From Octopus sinensis (taxonomy: Eukaryota), in NCBI RefSeq assembly GCF_006345805.1, contig NW_021835481.1, positions 1 through 64,000 on the forward strand: 64,000 bases of DNA. Direction: 5' to 3'. Positions within the stretch are counted from its first letter, which is position 1, and each line of letters starts with the position of its first letter. A model generated the notes under the pieces. That model searched no databases and was not told where the DNA came from. It saw nothing but the letters and a program-made list of their open reading frames with translations. Shown piece by piece: positions 12,494-25,200 of this stretch. Position numbers and translations under genes: made by a program.

Positions 12494-15350
12494 CATCATC
12501 ATCATCATCATCATCATTTAGTGTTCACTTTCCCTGCTGGCATGAGTTGGACAGTTTGACTGAGAACTGGCAAGCCAGAAGGCTGCACCATGCTCCAATT
12601 TGATCTGGCAAGGTTTCTACAGTTGGATGCCCTTCCTAACACCAACCACTCCGAGATTGTAGTAGGTGCTTTTTACACACCACCAGCACCAGAGCCAGTC
12701 AGGCGGCTCTGGCAATGACCATGCTTGAATGGTACTTTTTATGTGCTACCGGCACAAGAACCAGCCAGGAACTATGCTTGCTGAGTATCATGTTGTTCCT
12801 GGTCAATTTTTACAATAGAATATCTTGGTGAACCGGCACAAGAACCAGCCAAGAACTACGCTTGCATGGCGCTTTTTACGTGCCACAGGCATGGGACCAG
12901 TCAGCTGGCACTGGTATCAACCACAGTTGTGTGGTACATTTTACGTGTCACTGGCATGGGAGCTAGTCCAGTGGGACTGGTATCAACCATGCTAGAATGG
13001 TGATTTTCATGTTCCACCGGCATGGGTGCCAATCAGGCAGCACTGGCATCAGCCATGACAATGATTTCACTTGACTCAACAGGTCTTCTCAAGCACAGTT
13101 TATTGCCCTGTGGGCTGGTTATGCTACACTGGCATATGGTCTCACTTGGCTTGCCAGGTTCTTCTCAAGGACTGCATATCTCCAAAGGTCTTGGTCACTT
13201 GCCATTGATTCCATGAAGCCTAATGTTCGAAGGTTGTGCTTCACTACCTCATCCCAGGTCTTCCTGGGTTTACCTCTTCCACGAGTTCCCTCCACTGTTA
13301 GGGAGTAACAGTTTTTCACACAACTGTCCTCATACATATGTAACACATGACCATACCAGCACAGTCATCTCTCTTGCACAGCACATCTGATGCTCCTTAA
13401 GTCCAAGTTCTTTCTCGTGGTGCTTACACTCCATTGTGTATGCACAGACATTACACATCCAGCAGAACATACAAGCTCCATTTCTTGCAAGCTTATGCAT
13501 GTCCTCAGCAATCACAACCCATGTCTCACTGCCATATAGCATGTCTGTTAGCACACATGCGTCATGCGAGAGGCCCTTTGTTACCAGCAGAGGTAGAAGC
13601 TCTCTGAACTTTGCCTCGGTTATTCTTATTCTAGCAGCTACACTCTCAGAGCATCCAACTCTGTGACTGACTTGGTTACTTGGGTAATGGAAGCTGTCAA
13701 CTATTTCTAGTTTTCCCCCTGGCATGTGATGAAAGATGTTTTCTACACATTTTCAGTGTTTGTTGCCGCAGTGCATTTGCCACACACAAAAACTATCTTC
13801 CTAGATAGCCTTTGTTTGATATTGCGCCCATCTCTTATGTGTCAATAGCTTACACCAGGTACATCTTATGGAGTTTCTATGTATGCCTTTTCTACAGACC
13901 GAGAAGGGTGATCTACCTGAAGGGATTTGTAATTTGTCTACCTTCCTCTTTGGTTTTTGCTAGAGTGACTCTAAAGCCCTTCAACTCTAGACCTTGCTTC
14001 CACATCTGAAACTTCTCCTAGTTCTGATAGTGACTCAGCTATTAGAGCAAGGTCAGCAGCATAGGGGAGCTCTCAGAGCATCTTGTCTTGAATTCCTCTT
14101 TTATTACCTGGTGGATTATGATCCATAAGTAGGGGCTGAGGACTGATCCTTGATGGACCCCTACCCTTACCCAGAATTCTTCACTATACTCATTACTAAT
14201 CCTCACCTTACTGACAGCATCCCTGTACATAGCTTGCACAGCTCTCACTAACCACTCATCTATCCCTAGTTTCCACATTGACCACCAGATAGGGCTTTCT
14301 CCATGTCAATGAAAGCCAAGTACAGAGGTTAATCTTTGGTTGGGAATTTCTCCTGCAGCTGTCTTACCAGAAATATAGCATCAGTGGTGCTTTTCCTTGG
14401 CATGAACTCAAACTGCATCTCATCTAAACTGACTCTCTCCCTAATTAGTTGGGCTATGACCCTCTCCGTGACCTTTATTACCTGATCAAACAAGTTGATA
14501 CCTTTGTAATTATCTGTATCTAAAGCGTCACCTTTATCTTTGTAGCAGTTGACTATGGTGCTGCTACACCAAATCATTGGATATTACTTCTTCATGTATC
14601 ACCTGATTGACTATATGGGTGACTAGACTATAGCTGACACCACCAGATATTTTAAGCATCTGCTAGACCTGTAGGTGAATAGGTGACTAGCAGGTTTCCT
14701 GAAGTTAGTATTACAAATCATAAGATCATTTACATCACAGAAATTCAGCAGCCTGTTTCCCGCCATAGCCACCATGCACACCATGGAAGTCCCCTGGATG
14801 TTGTCCAACATGCCCATTGAAGTCGCCAGCCACAAAGAGAAGGTCCTTGTCATTTGTCAATATGGTAGTCTGTAAGAGGGTATCATAACATCGGTCTTTC
14901 TGTTCATCAGGTAGCCCTTGCTGAGGGGCATAAGTCAAGATAATGGTTGCTAATCCATGTTGCGGTACTAATCTAAGCTTAAGTATTCTGTCATAGTCTC
15001 TGACTACCTTGATTACCTAATCAACCCATTTATCCGCAAGAAGTATACCCACACCCCTGACCCCATCAGTGTTTCCAGCCCAGAAAATCTTATACCTGTA
15101 TTCTTTGCCTGTGAGGAACCTAGCAGAACTTCCTCTCCATCTTACTTCTTGGATACAGCACAAATCTACACGTCTCCATTCAAGCATTTTAACAATCTCA
15201 CCAGCCCTACCTTTCAATGTGCCAATATTAAGTATACCAACTCTGAGGTTGTGGAAGGTATGGGCCTGCGAGACCCTGGGATGGGGGACAGCAGCATCAT
15301 GTGCCTGAAAAGAAAGCTCGCATTTGACAGAACTCATAAACATACAATAG
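12494..15350 (-). mobile_element. RTE-clade LINE, near full length with an internal deletion (APE endonuclease, RT, 3' UTR, tail)
   Basis: (CAT)n tail at 12494-12516. EN motifs LNIGTLKGR, CIQEVRW, YAPQ, VAGDFNGHVG. RT motifs QGSVLSP, QFEFMPRKSTTDAIF. Confidence 0.92.
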
Positions 15351-15716
15351 ACTTCAACCTGCATGCACTACACCATCATTTTATGTCCTACATAATCACT
15401 ACATTTCATAGGAGTTAAACACTAAGTAGAGATGGGGTAGCATTTAAGCCATTGGAGGTGTTCAGGGGAAAGACATCTGATAGAGGTCAGAGGACAAAGA
15501 CTTCCAGTATAGGTGGTGGGGTGGGATGGGCAGTCACAGCTTGAAACAGCAAACATTCTGGCTGCTGGTGTGAAAGAATAATAATAATGAAAACAATGAT
15601 AATAGAAATAATACTAATAAAAATAATGAGATGGAATTGGACATTTGCATTCTTAACAAGAGCTATAACTAACAGGTTTCAGTCAGTGAAACTGTGACAA
15701 AATTAGATAAATGAAT

Positions 15717-18700
15717 CATCATCATTATCATTGTTTAATGTCCGTTTTCCATGCTAGCATGGGTTGGATGGTTCGATCGGGGTCTGGGAAGCCAGGAGGC
15801 TGCACCATGTTCCAGTCTGATCTGACAGTGTTTCTACAGCTGGATGCCCTTCCTAATGCCAACAACTCCATGAGTGTAGTGGGTAAATTTTACGTGTCAC
15901 CGGCACAGGGGCCAGAGGAGGCTGACAATGGCTACAATCGGTTGGTGCTTTTTACACCAGTTGGTGCTAGTCAAGGCTGTGCTGGCATTGGCCATGTTCA
16001 GATGGTGCTTTTTATGTGCCACCAGCATGGGTATCACAACTACAATTTCCATTTGATTTTCATTTTGATTTTGATATACTCCTCAAGCACAGCAGGTCAC
16101 CCTACAATCCAAGGTACTTTTGAATGGGCTGGGGCTGGTTATGCGAAACTGATGTAGGATACAGCCGTGAACTCACTTTATTTGCCAGGTCTTCACAGTC
16201 AGAGCATACCTCCAGAGATCTCGGTCTTTCATCATTGCCTCTGTGGGCCCCAACATTCAAAGGTCATGCTTGACCACCTCATTCTATGTCTTCCTCAATC
16301 TACCTCTACCCTGAATTCCTTCAACTGTTTGGAAGTTGCACTTCTTCACACATCTCTCCTCATCTATCCATAGTACATGACCATACCAGTGCAAACGTCT
16401 CTCTTGTATGTCACAACCAATGCTTCTTATGTCCAACATTTCTCTCAGGGCGCTTACACTCTGTCGTGTGTGCACTCTGACATTACGCATCCAGTGGATC
16501 ATGGTAGCTTTGTTTCTCTCGAGCCTACACATGTCCTCCGCAGTCACAGCCCATGTTTCACTGCTGTGAAGCATGGCTGTTTGCACACATGCATCGTACA
16601 ATCTACCTTTCACTCTGAGTGAGAGGCCCTTTGTCACCAGTAGGGGTAGAAACTTTCTTAACTTTGGCCAGCTTATTTTTATTCTAGTGGTAACACTCTC
16701 TGAGCACCCACCTCCCTCCCCACTACAGACTTGATCACCTAGGTAGCGGAAGCTATCAACTACTTCTAGTTTCTCCCCCTGGAGTGTGATGGAATCTGTT
16801 TTCTGAGCATCTGTGGTGTTTATTGCCCCTGTGCATCTGTCGCACGCGAAAGCTATCTTCTCAATTAATCTTACTATGATGTTGCTGCACCTCTTATGTG
16901 TCCATAGCTTACACTGGGTACATCCTATAGAGTTTCTACCAAAACCTTTTCTACAGATTGAGCAGGGCCACCTGAGGAGGTGTATGATGTGTTCGCCTTC
17001 CTACTTACTAGAACTTTGGTCTTTGCTACATTGACTCTAAGGCCTTTTGATTCTAAACCTTGCTTCCACACCCGAAATTTCTTTTCTAGTTCTGGTAGTA
17101 ATTCTGCTATGAGGGCCAGGCCATCAGCATAGAGGAGCTCTCAAGGGCAACCCATTTTGAATTCCCCTCTTATTGCCTAGAGGACTATGATAAATAAAAG
17201 GGGGCTGAAGGCTGAACCTTGATGGACTCCTACTTCTACCAGGAATTCTTCACTAATTGCCAATCCTAACCATACTAACGACCTGTCTGTATAGGGCCTG
17301 TACAGTCCTTATTCTTAGTAACCATTTGTCAGTCCCCAGTTTCTACATCACCCACCAAATATGGGATCGAGGGACCCTGTCAAAGGCTTTCTCCAAGTCC
17401 ACAAATGCTAAGTATATGGGTTTATCTTTACCTAGGTATTTCTCATGCAGTTGTCAAACCAGGAATATGGCATCAGTGGTGCTTCTACCTGGCACAAAAC
17501 CAAACTGCATCTCATCTAATCAGACACTCTCCCCTTACTAACGGCCTCTCAGTATAGGGCCTGTACAGATCTTATTAACCATTCGTCAATCTCCAATTTC
17601 CACATCACCCACCAGATAAGGGATCGGGGAACCCTGTCAAAAGCTTTCTCCAAGTCCACAAAATCTAAGTACAGGGGTTTATCTTCAGCTAGGTATTTCT
17701 CCTGTTGTTGTCAAACCAGGAATATGGCATCAGTGGTGCTTCTACCCAGAACAAAACCGAACTGCATCACATCTAAGCAGATGCTCTGCCTAATGAGATG
17801 GGCTATGACCCTCTTCATGACCTTCATCACCTGATCCAGCAGTTTGATACCCCTGTAGTTATTTCTATCTAGAGCATCACCTTTACCCTTGTAGCAGTTG
17901 ACTATGGTGCTGCTACGCCAGTCATTGGGTATGACTCTGTCATGAACTGCCTGGTTTACAATGCAGGTAACTAGGCCATAGCCCACACCACCAGTTGTTT
18001 TAAGCATCTCAGCAGTGATTCCTGATAGGCCAGAGGCTTTTCCTGGCTTCATATCCTTAATTGCTTTATCTACCAGGGAGCTGTCTATTCGGATAGCTGG
18101 TCCCTCTACTGGGTCAACATTTGGCAGGCTCTCATTCTCCACATTCAGCAGTCTTTCATAATGGCTTCTCCAAGCCTCTTTCTTTTCCGAATCATTAAAA
18201 GCAAGTGCACCATCTTCGATGCGGACACATTTCGCTCCTGTGACATCACAATTTTCTCTCACACACTGTTTTGCAATCTGAAATACCTCAGTTCTTTGGT
18301 CCTCACATTGATGGACTTTCGCAAACTTCTTTTCTACTTCTCCCTTGGCTATGCATGCCTACCGCCCAGCCTCCCTTTTGTCTACCTGGTACAGTTCCCT
18401 GCTACACGCACCCTCCCAGGCTTTCCAGGCCTGTTTCTTTAGTGTAATGGCTTTGTCTACCGTACTATTCCATCACCACGTAACTCTAGGTCTTGAAGGG
18501 ACTTTGCACCATCCGCAGTTTTGGTCTGTGGCACTCAGCAAGCTGTCCTGTAGGAATTTCCAGCTACCTTCTTTGTTTTAAGACTGTAGTTCCTCTTCCC
18601 TCTCATCAAATTTCTTGATGAGGATGTCCCTAAATCTCTGACCATTTGAAGGGTTCTTTAGCTTCCCAATCCTTGTTTTAGATTGGTCTGCTTCTTGGTA

Positions 18701-19000
18701 TCCTTCTGGCCTTAAGCCTAAAGTCACTAATTACTAACCTATGCTGGGGTGTACATTCTTCACCTGGGAGGATCACTGTCTAGTGAGGATGAAAACAATC
18801 TGGCTAGCAGAGTCACCTGATTGATAGGTTATCAGGTGGCTGTCTGGTTTGCTGAAGTTAGTGTTGCAGATTAAAAGGTTACATGCATCACAGAACTCCA
18901 GTAGCCTAGTTCCCTCATTGTTTCGGGAACCAATACCGTGGCCCCTGTGTACACCAGTGACGATACCTGAATCCCGCCCAACATGCCCATTAAAATCTCC
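15717..19000 (-). mobile_element. RTE-clade LINE, 5'-truncated within EN, with an internal duplication
   Basis: Tail catcatcattatcat at about 15717. ORF pieces 17711-18262 and 16284-16637, and GDFNGHVG at about 18980-19000. Confidence 0.92.
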
Positions 19001-19002
19001 AT

Positions 19003-19892
19003 AATAATAACAATAATAAATGAGCATGAAAGAGAAGAAGAGAGAAAGAGAGAGAATTGCATTGAACATAGGGATCTTAAGTTTTCACTAGCAGATGGTA
19101 TGGAAGAAGAAACTGTGTTTACATAGATAGATAATGAAATAACAAAGTAATTATAATTTGCACTAAAAAAAAAGGGGTTTTAGATGTGTTTTAGGTTGGA
19201 AAACAGAGTTGCTTATCTGAACGTTTTCTTGGGTTCTACTTTGTGTGGCAAGATATTAAAATGTGAGGCAGCAGAATCTGAATGAAGCTACTTTATATAG
19301 GGTGGGGTTAGGAGCGCGGAGGTAATGTCGTGTTGGGAGAAGCAAGTGGTTAACGGAACTGAGAGAGAGAGGGAGAGAGAGAGAGTCCATAGTTAGGCTG
19401 GGCGAAGACAGAACATGGCGAGATGGAATTTTTGGAATTTAGAGTAATATAATTCATCAAATGGAATGGATTTAACTTGCCATCATAACAAACTGCTAGG
19501 TGAATAACACTGCGAAGCAACAAACACTTTGGCTGTTGGTGTGAAAGATTGATGATGATAAGAAGAAGAAGATAGAATTGGACATTTGCATTTTTAACTA
19601 GAGTTATAACCAACAGGTTTTGGTCAGCCAAACTGTGACAAAATTAGATAAATGAATGAATAACAATAATAAATGAGCATGAAAGAGAAGGAGAATTGGA
19701 TTGAATGTCGGGATCTTTAGTTTTTTCTAACCTATGGTGTGGAAGACTAAACCATGTTTACATACATAGATAATGAAATAATAAAGTAATTATAATTTGC
19801 ACTGTAAAAAGAGGTTTTAGATGTGTAGTCTGTTGGAAAACAAAGTTGTTTATCTGAACATCTTCTTGGCTTCTACTTTGTAAGGCAAGATT
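19003..19892. repeat. Diverged direct repeat of about 650-bp period, first copy split by the RTE at 15717-19000
   Basis: 15544-15716 matches 19515-19656, and 19008-19253 matches 19661-19892. Confidence 0.8.
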
Positions 19893-20357
19893 ACTCTGTC
19901 AGTCTCACCATGAAAAGAGTTGAGCTTGAAAATGTCATCTGCATATCCGAAGAAAAAAAAGCATAAGAGTGTATTCCAGTTGGTCCATATATATGATGGT
20001 TTGCTAAGTTAGATCAAACAGTGAGTATTGTGCAACACCTGATTATTGATATTAACAAAAATATTAAGTATCCCAACTCTGAGGGTGTGGAAGGTGTGGG
20101 CCTGTGAGACCCTGGAATGGGGGACAGCAGCATCATGTACCTGAAGAGAAAGCTTGCATTTGGCAGAACTCTTAAACATACAATAGCCTGTTTTATTTTT
20201 CATCTAACTAAAAATATATAAACAATATTCATGAGATTACTATTATCACAGTTCTCTTATCCAGCAGAAATAAATATACATATATATATTTTCAAAATCT
20301 ACACACACACATTCCATTCATTTCTCAATATAATTTTTATCACTTTTCCTATTTCAG

Positions 20358-20678
20358 TTTTACCAAAATCAGTCACAATCAAGAGTATTTCTAACACAGT
20401 TCCTGTGGAAAATCAGATCAAAAGTTATGAATGCCTTATTAAAGACACCAACCCTGAATTTTCAGTCTTTTGGTTGATTACCAGGAATGATGGAACACAA
20501 AAAAATGCTACAAAGTATATTTCAAACAAGTCAAGCAAATCAGGAAAGCTGACTACTTTATCATCAGAACTGACATTAACTCTTAATAAGAATTTTAAGA
20601 AATTACAGTGTGTTGCATATTTTCCGGGTAAAAATGAATTTGGTAACCATTCAAAGGAACTCGATTTGCATATAAAAT
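20358..20678 (+). CDS. Internal coding exon, Ig-like (C2/CD80-like) domain of an IgSF cell-surface protein
   Basis: Acceptor ttttcctatttcAG at 20356-57 and donor GTAAGT at 20679. 321 nt, phase 1-1, open: LPKSVTIKS...YECLIKDTNPEFSVFWLI...SSELTLTLNKNFKKLQCVAYF...LDLHIK. Ig Cys-Trp-Cys pattern and N-glycosylation sequons (NAT, NKS, NHS). Confidence 0.88.
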
Positions 20679-20976
20679 GTAAGTTTTTCTTCTTTATCTC
20701 TATAAAGCACAAAGTATAGATTTGTTCAAAATATTTTTGTGAAATATTTCTTCATTTCTAGATTTATATTTACTACAACAATGAGAAGATTACACAACTT
20801 CAGCAGTTTTGAAAAGATTTTTTGTTTTAATTCACTTTTTTGTTGTTGTAATATCGTATCTCTGAGCAATTATGAACTAGTTGATCCCAAAATATATGTG
20901 GTCATTTCTGTAATTTGCCTAAATTTACTAAAGCATCTACTTCATTGAGTTCTGGTTTCTAGAGTAAGATGTATAA

Positions 20977-22266
20977 TGTTGTGGAAGGATTCCGACCACT
21001 TCCTAATGATTAAACATGGACTGATACTTTTCTATAAAATAAAGAACTGTCGAGTTGACTCGAGCAGTTGATAGAAAGTGTTTAGCCTCATCTAGCAGCA
21101 GTAGTACTACATCATACGAAGACCTTACTTTACGCCCAAATCAGAAAATATATCCAACGCAGTAGGCTATAAAAATGGCGATGAGATATTCGAAGCTTGC
21201 ATTGAACATTAAAACTTTTGGTGCAAAACAAAAAATTGTTTAACATGGAGGACTTATTGGCCTCCATGCAAAATCAGCATTAACAACAACTACAACAGTA
21301 ACAACAACAGCAACTACAACAGCAAAGCCAACAGTTGCTTGGATTAAAATTAAAGAAGTTTAAAAATACTTAAGGTTCATACTCGCCAGAGAGCATAGCA
21401 AACTCAGTTGGAGAATTCAGTTATAATCCAGAAGACTGGATCACCTTCTCTGTATATTCTCAAAGATATGAAGAAATGTTCAAAGAAGAATGTATGGATG
21501 GATGAGAAAAAAGTACTACTACTTTTAAGAAAGTTATCCCCTGCTGAACATGAAAAATATAGTAGCTATATTCTGCCGAAGAAACCAGGTGAGATTTGTT
21601 GTGATGAAATAATTTTTTATTGAAAGATTTCAGTGAAAGAAGTTCCCTGTTCTGTACTCACTGGTAGTATTTAAATTTGGTTAAAGAAGATGATGAAGAT
21701 TTTGTCACCTATGCCAGGGTTGTTAAGAGATTATGAAAAATTCAAATTAAATGAATTAACCCTTGACATGTTCAAATGTCTAATTTTTGATCAAGCAAAG
21801 ATGCAGATATCCATTTCTGAATATTAACAACATTAGAACAAGACCAAAAATTAACTCTGTAGACTGTAGCAGAAGAATGCCAGAGGATTATAAATTTAAG
21901 AGATGACGCAGATAAAATTGAAAGAAAAGATTGCTCTCATATTCATTCATGTTGACCTGAATGAATAGAAAAAAGAAACAAATGTCAAGACCCAATCCAT
22001 GCTATAGGAATGGAGGTTTACATTTCAAATGTAACTGCTCTTTTAAAAATCTAAAATGCTTTGAGCGTGGAAAAATAGGTCACAAAAGCTCACAATGTAA
22101 AAGGAAACGAAAATGTTTAAAGGTTGAATGAAATAAATTCTGGCAAGAAGGTATTGTCAACAGAAATCCTAAGCAAGGCTCAGAAAAGAAAATTCGAGTT
22201 TATAAAAATGAATAAAGTGAATATCATGTTACAATTGGATACAGGCAGTGATATCACAATAATTAA
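20977..22266 (+). mobile_element. Ty3/Gypsy LTR retrotransposon, 5' part (candidate LTR, PBS, gag, start of protease)
   Basis: TGTTGT start at 20977 and PBS-like TGGCGATGAG at 21176. Gag MEDLLASMQ with poly-Q, EKKVLLLLRKL, two zinc-knuckle remnants (PCYRNGGLH, KCFERGKIGHKSSQC), and protease LQLDTGSDITII. Confidence 0.85.
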
Positions 22267-25200
22267 GCCTTTAGTGTTTAAACAGGTCATTACTGGCTGA
22301 AAATTATTCCTCTTTATTTGTTTGAACCAGTCAAATCTGCCATATCTGATTTCTCTACAAAATCACTAAAAAGATAAACAAATTATATTATTGAATTCTC
22401 GTAGCTTTCAGATAATGCGAGATAAAGCCTTTCCCACCTTTATTCAAGTAAAAATATGGTGAAATTTTTGAGACTTCTTGGTTTTTAATGATATGGTATC
22501 AGCAAGTAGCAATTCCAACTTCAAAGATTTTACTCTTGATGATGTATAAAACACAAATGAAAACAGCAATGATTTGTCTGAAGACAAATCATATTCACAT
22601 TTATGAATCTTCATCAGATGAGGAAAATTTTTATAATGAAAGTGATATAAATGATATTGAAAACATTATGGCAACATGGTTGAAGATTACTACATCAACC
22701 ACAATTTCTGATTTCACAGAAAAGACTGGTCCATAATACAGTCTACCTCCCAATGCTCAATGACTGGACTATCTATTAATTTTTATTTTTACTGAAAAAT
22801 TTTTTTTGAAACTGTCGCGGAGGAAACAAATGTTCAAGGCATAATTTATTTTCGCGGAAGACCCGATCCATTATGACAGCCAACTGATACTGTGGAAATG
22901 CGAGCTTTTTTTACTATAAACATTATGTTTGGTATCAAGAAGCTTACTCAGCTGAGGAACTAGTGGAATCCTGATATAAGGTATGGTGACCCATATATCT
23001 CCAGCATTATGTCTAACTATAGTTAATTCATATATCATGTAAAAAGCCACAAGGTACCTTCACCACCAAAGGACTACAACCATTTGAAATTTTGGGTTGA
23101 CATTGCATCTCAGTTATGGGAGGGCTTTTCTTCCAGAAAGCACAGAACTGGGAGAAAAACAAAATTAACTGAGAGAAAATATTGACTTCCATAAAGTGGA
23201 GAAAATGAATGGTAGGGAAAAAGTTTGCAGATTGTGTTCACTGCAAATAAGTAAAACTCCAAAAGGATATCACTTTGAGACCTCATATATGTGTTTGTTT
23301 TGCAAAGTGCCCTTGTGTAAAGGGTGCTTTGGACAGTTTCACCATAGAAACATGGCATTACTATATTTTGTTGTTTGATAGTAATACTATCATGTATTCT
23401 TTTCATTTTATTAGAAATAATATGTGAAAGTGCAAAATACATATTTATTTTCATACATATTTATGTTACACACCTATATTCACCTTTGCCTCACCTATTA
23501 ATGAGCTTTCTTTATTAGATACATTTTGTTATGTAAATGTATTCATTAAATTGTATAAGAGTACATAGCCAATGGTATATTGACTAGTATAAGAGTTTTG
23601 TACTAGATGAGATGCAGTTTGGTTTCTTGCCAGGGAAAAGCACCACTGACGCTATATTTCTGGTAAGACAGCTGCAGGAGAAATACCTAGCCAAAGATAA
23701 GCCCCTGTACCTGACTTTCGTTGACATGGAGAAAGCCTTTGACAGGGTCCCCCAATCCCTTATCTGGTGGTCAATGTGGAAACTAGGGATAGTTGAATGG
23801 TTAGTGAGAGCCATGCAAGCCATGTACATGAACGCTGTCAGAAAGGTGAGGGTTGGCAACGAGTACAGTGAAGAATTCAGGGTAGAGGTAGGGGTCCATA
23901 AAGGTTCAGTCCTCAGCCCCCTCCTATTTATCATAGTCCTCCAGACAATAATGGTGGAATTCAAGACAGGATGCCCCTGGGAGCTCCTCTATGCTGATGA
24001 CCTTGCTCTAATTGCTGAGTCACTATCAGAACTAGAGCACAAGTTTCAAGTATGGAAAGAAGGATTAGAATCAAAGGGCCTTAGAGTCAACCTAGCTAAA
24101 ACCAAAGTCCTAATAAGTAGGAAGGCAGGCAAACCACAAATCCCTTGAAGTAGATGGCTCTGCTTGATCTGTAGAGAAGGCGTAGGTAGAAACTCTATAA
24201 GATGTACCCAGTGTAAGCTATGGACACATAAGAGGTGCAGCAATATCAAAGGAAGGCTACCTGGGAGGATAGTTTTGTATGTGGCAGATGCTCAGGAGCA
24301 ATAAATAAAACTGAAAATGTGCAAAGAACAACTTCCACCACATCCCAGAGAGAATAACTAGTAGTTGATAGCTTCCATTACCTAGGTGACCTAGTCAGTA
24401 ACGGGGAAGGGTGCACTGAAAGTGTAGCTGCTAGAATAAGAATAGCCTGGGCAAAGTTCAGAGAGCACTTACCTCTGCTGGTGACAAAGGGCCTCTCTCA
24501 CAGAATAAAAGGTAGACTGTACGACACATGTGTACAATCAGCTACATGGCAGTAAAACATGGGCCGTGACTGCTGAGGACATGCGTAAGCTCACAAAGAA
24601 TGAAGCCAGCATGCTCCGATGGATGTGTAATGTCAGTGTGCATACTCGACAGCGTGTTAGTGCCTTGTGAGAAAGTTTAGACCTAAGAAGCATCAGATGT
24701 GATGTGCAAGAGAGACAACTGCGCTGGTATGGTCATGTGGCGAGAATGGATGTGGATAGTTGTGTGAAAAAGTGCCACACCCTAGCAGTTGAGGGAACCT
24801 GTGGAAGAGGTAGACCCAGGAAGACCTGGGATGAGGTAGTGAAGCATGACCTTCAAACACTGGGCCTCACCGAGGCAATGACTAGTGACCGGGACCTCTG
24901 GAAATATGCTGCGCTTGAGAAGACTCAGCAAGCGCAAGTGAGACCATAACCTTATGGTCTATGCCAGGGGTGTAACCAGTCCACTTTTGCATGCCTTTCC
25001 TTCATTGGACACTAAACTCTGCTTGCGAAGACTTGTTGAGGCATAAACTCTGCTTGCGAAGACTTGTTGAGGCAAGTGAAGTCAAAATCGAAATCAAACT
25101 CGAAGACTGACATCTGTGTTAGTGGGGCGCTAAGAGTACCATATGAGTGAGATCGTTGCCAGAGCAACAATCTGGCCTCTGAGCCGATGGCAGGTTAAAA

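Noticed and set aside
12665-13060. CRISPR-like array of regularly spaced repeats
   Set aside because: The units are diverged tandem copies with mutually homologous 'spacers', lie in the RTE 3' UTR, and there are no cas genes in this eukaryotic DNA.
20231-20719. Single-exon 162-aa gene as given in the ORF track
   Set aside because: The N- and C-terminal parts are intronic read-through. Only 20358-20678 is bounded by splice sites and Ig-like.
23612-24148. Functional or domesticated reverse transcriptase ORF
   Set aside because: 5'-truncated with downstream stops and frameshifts, and one of many decayed copies.
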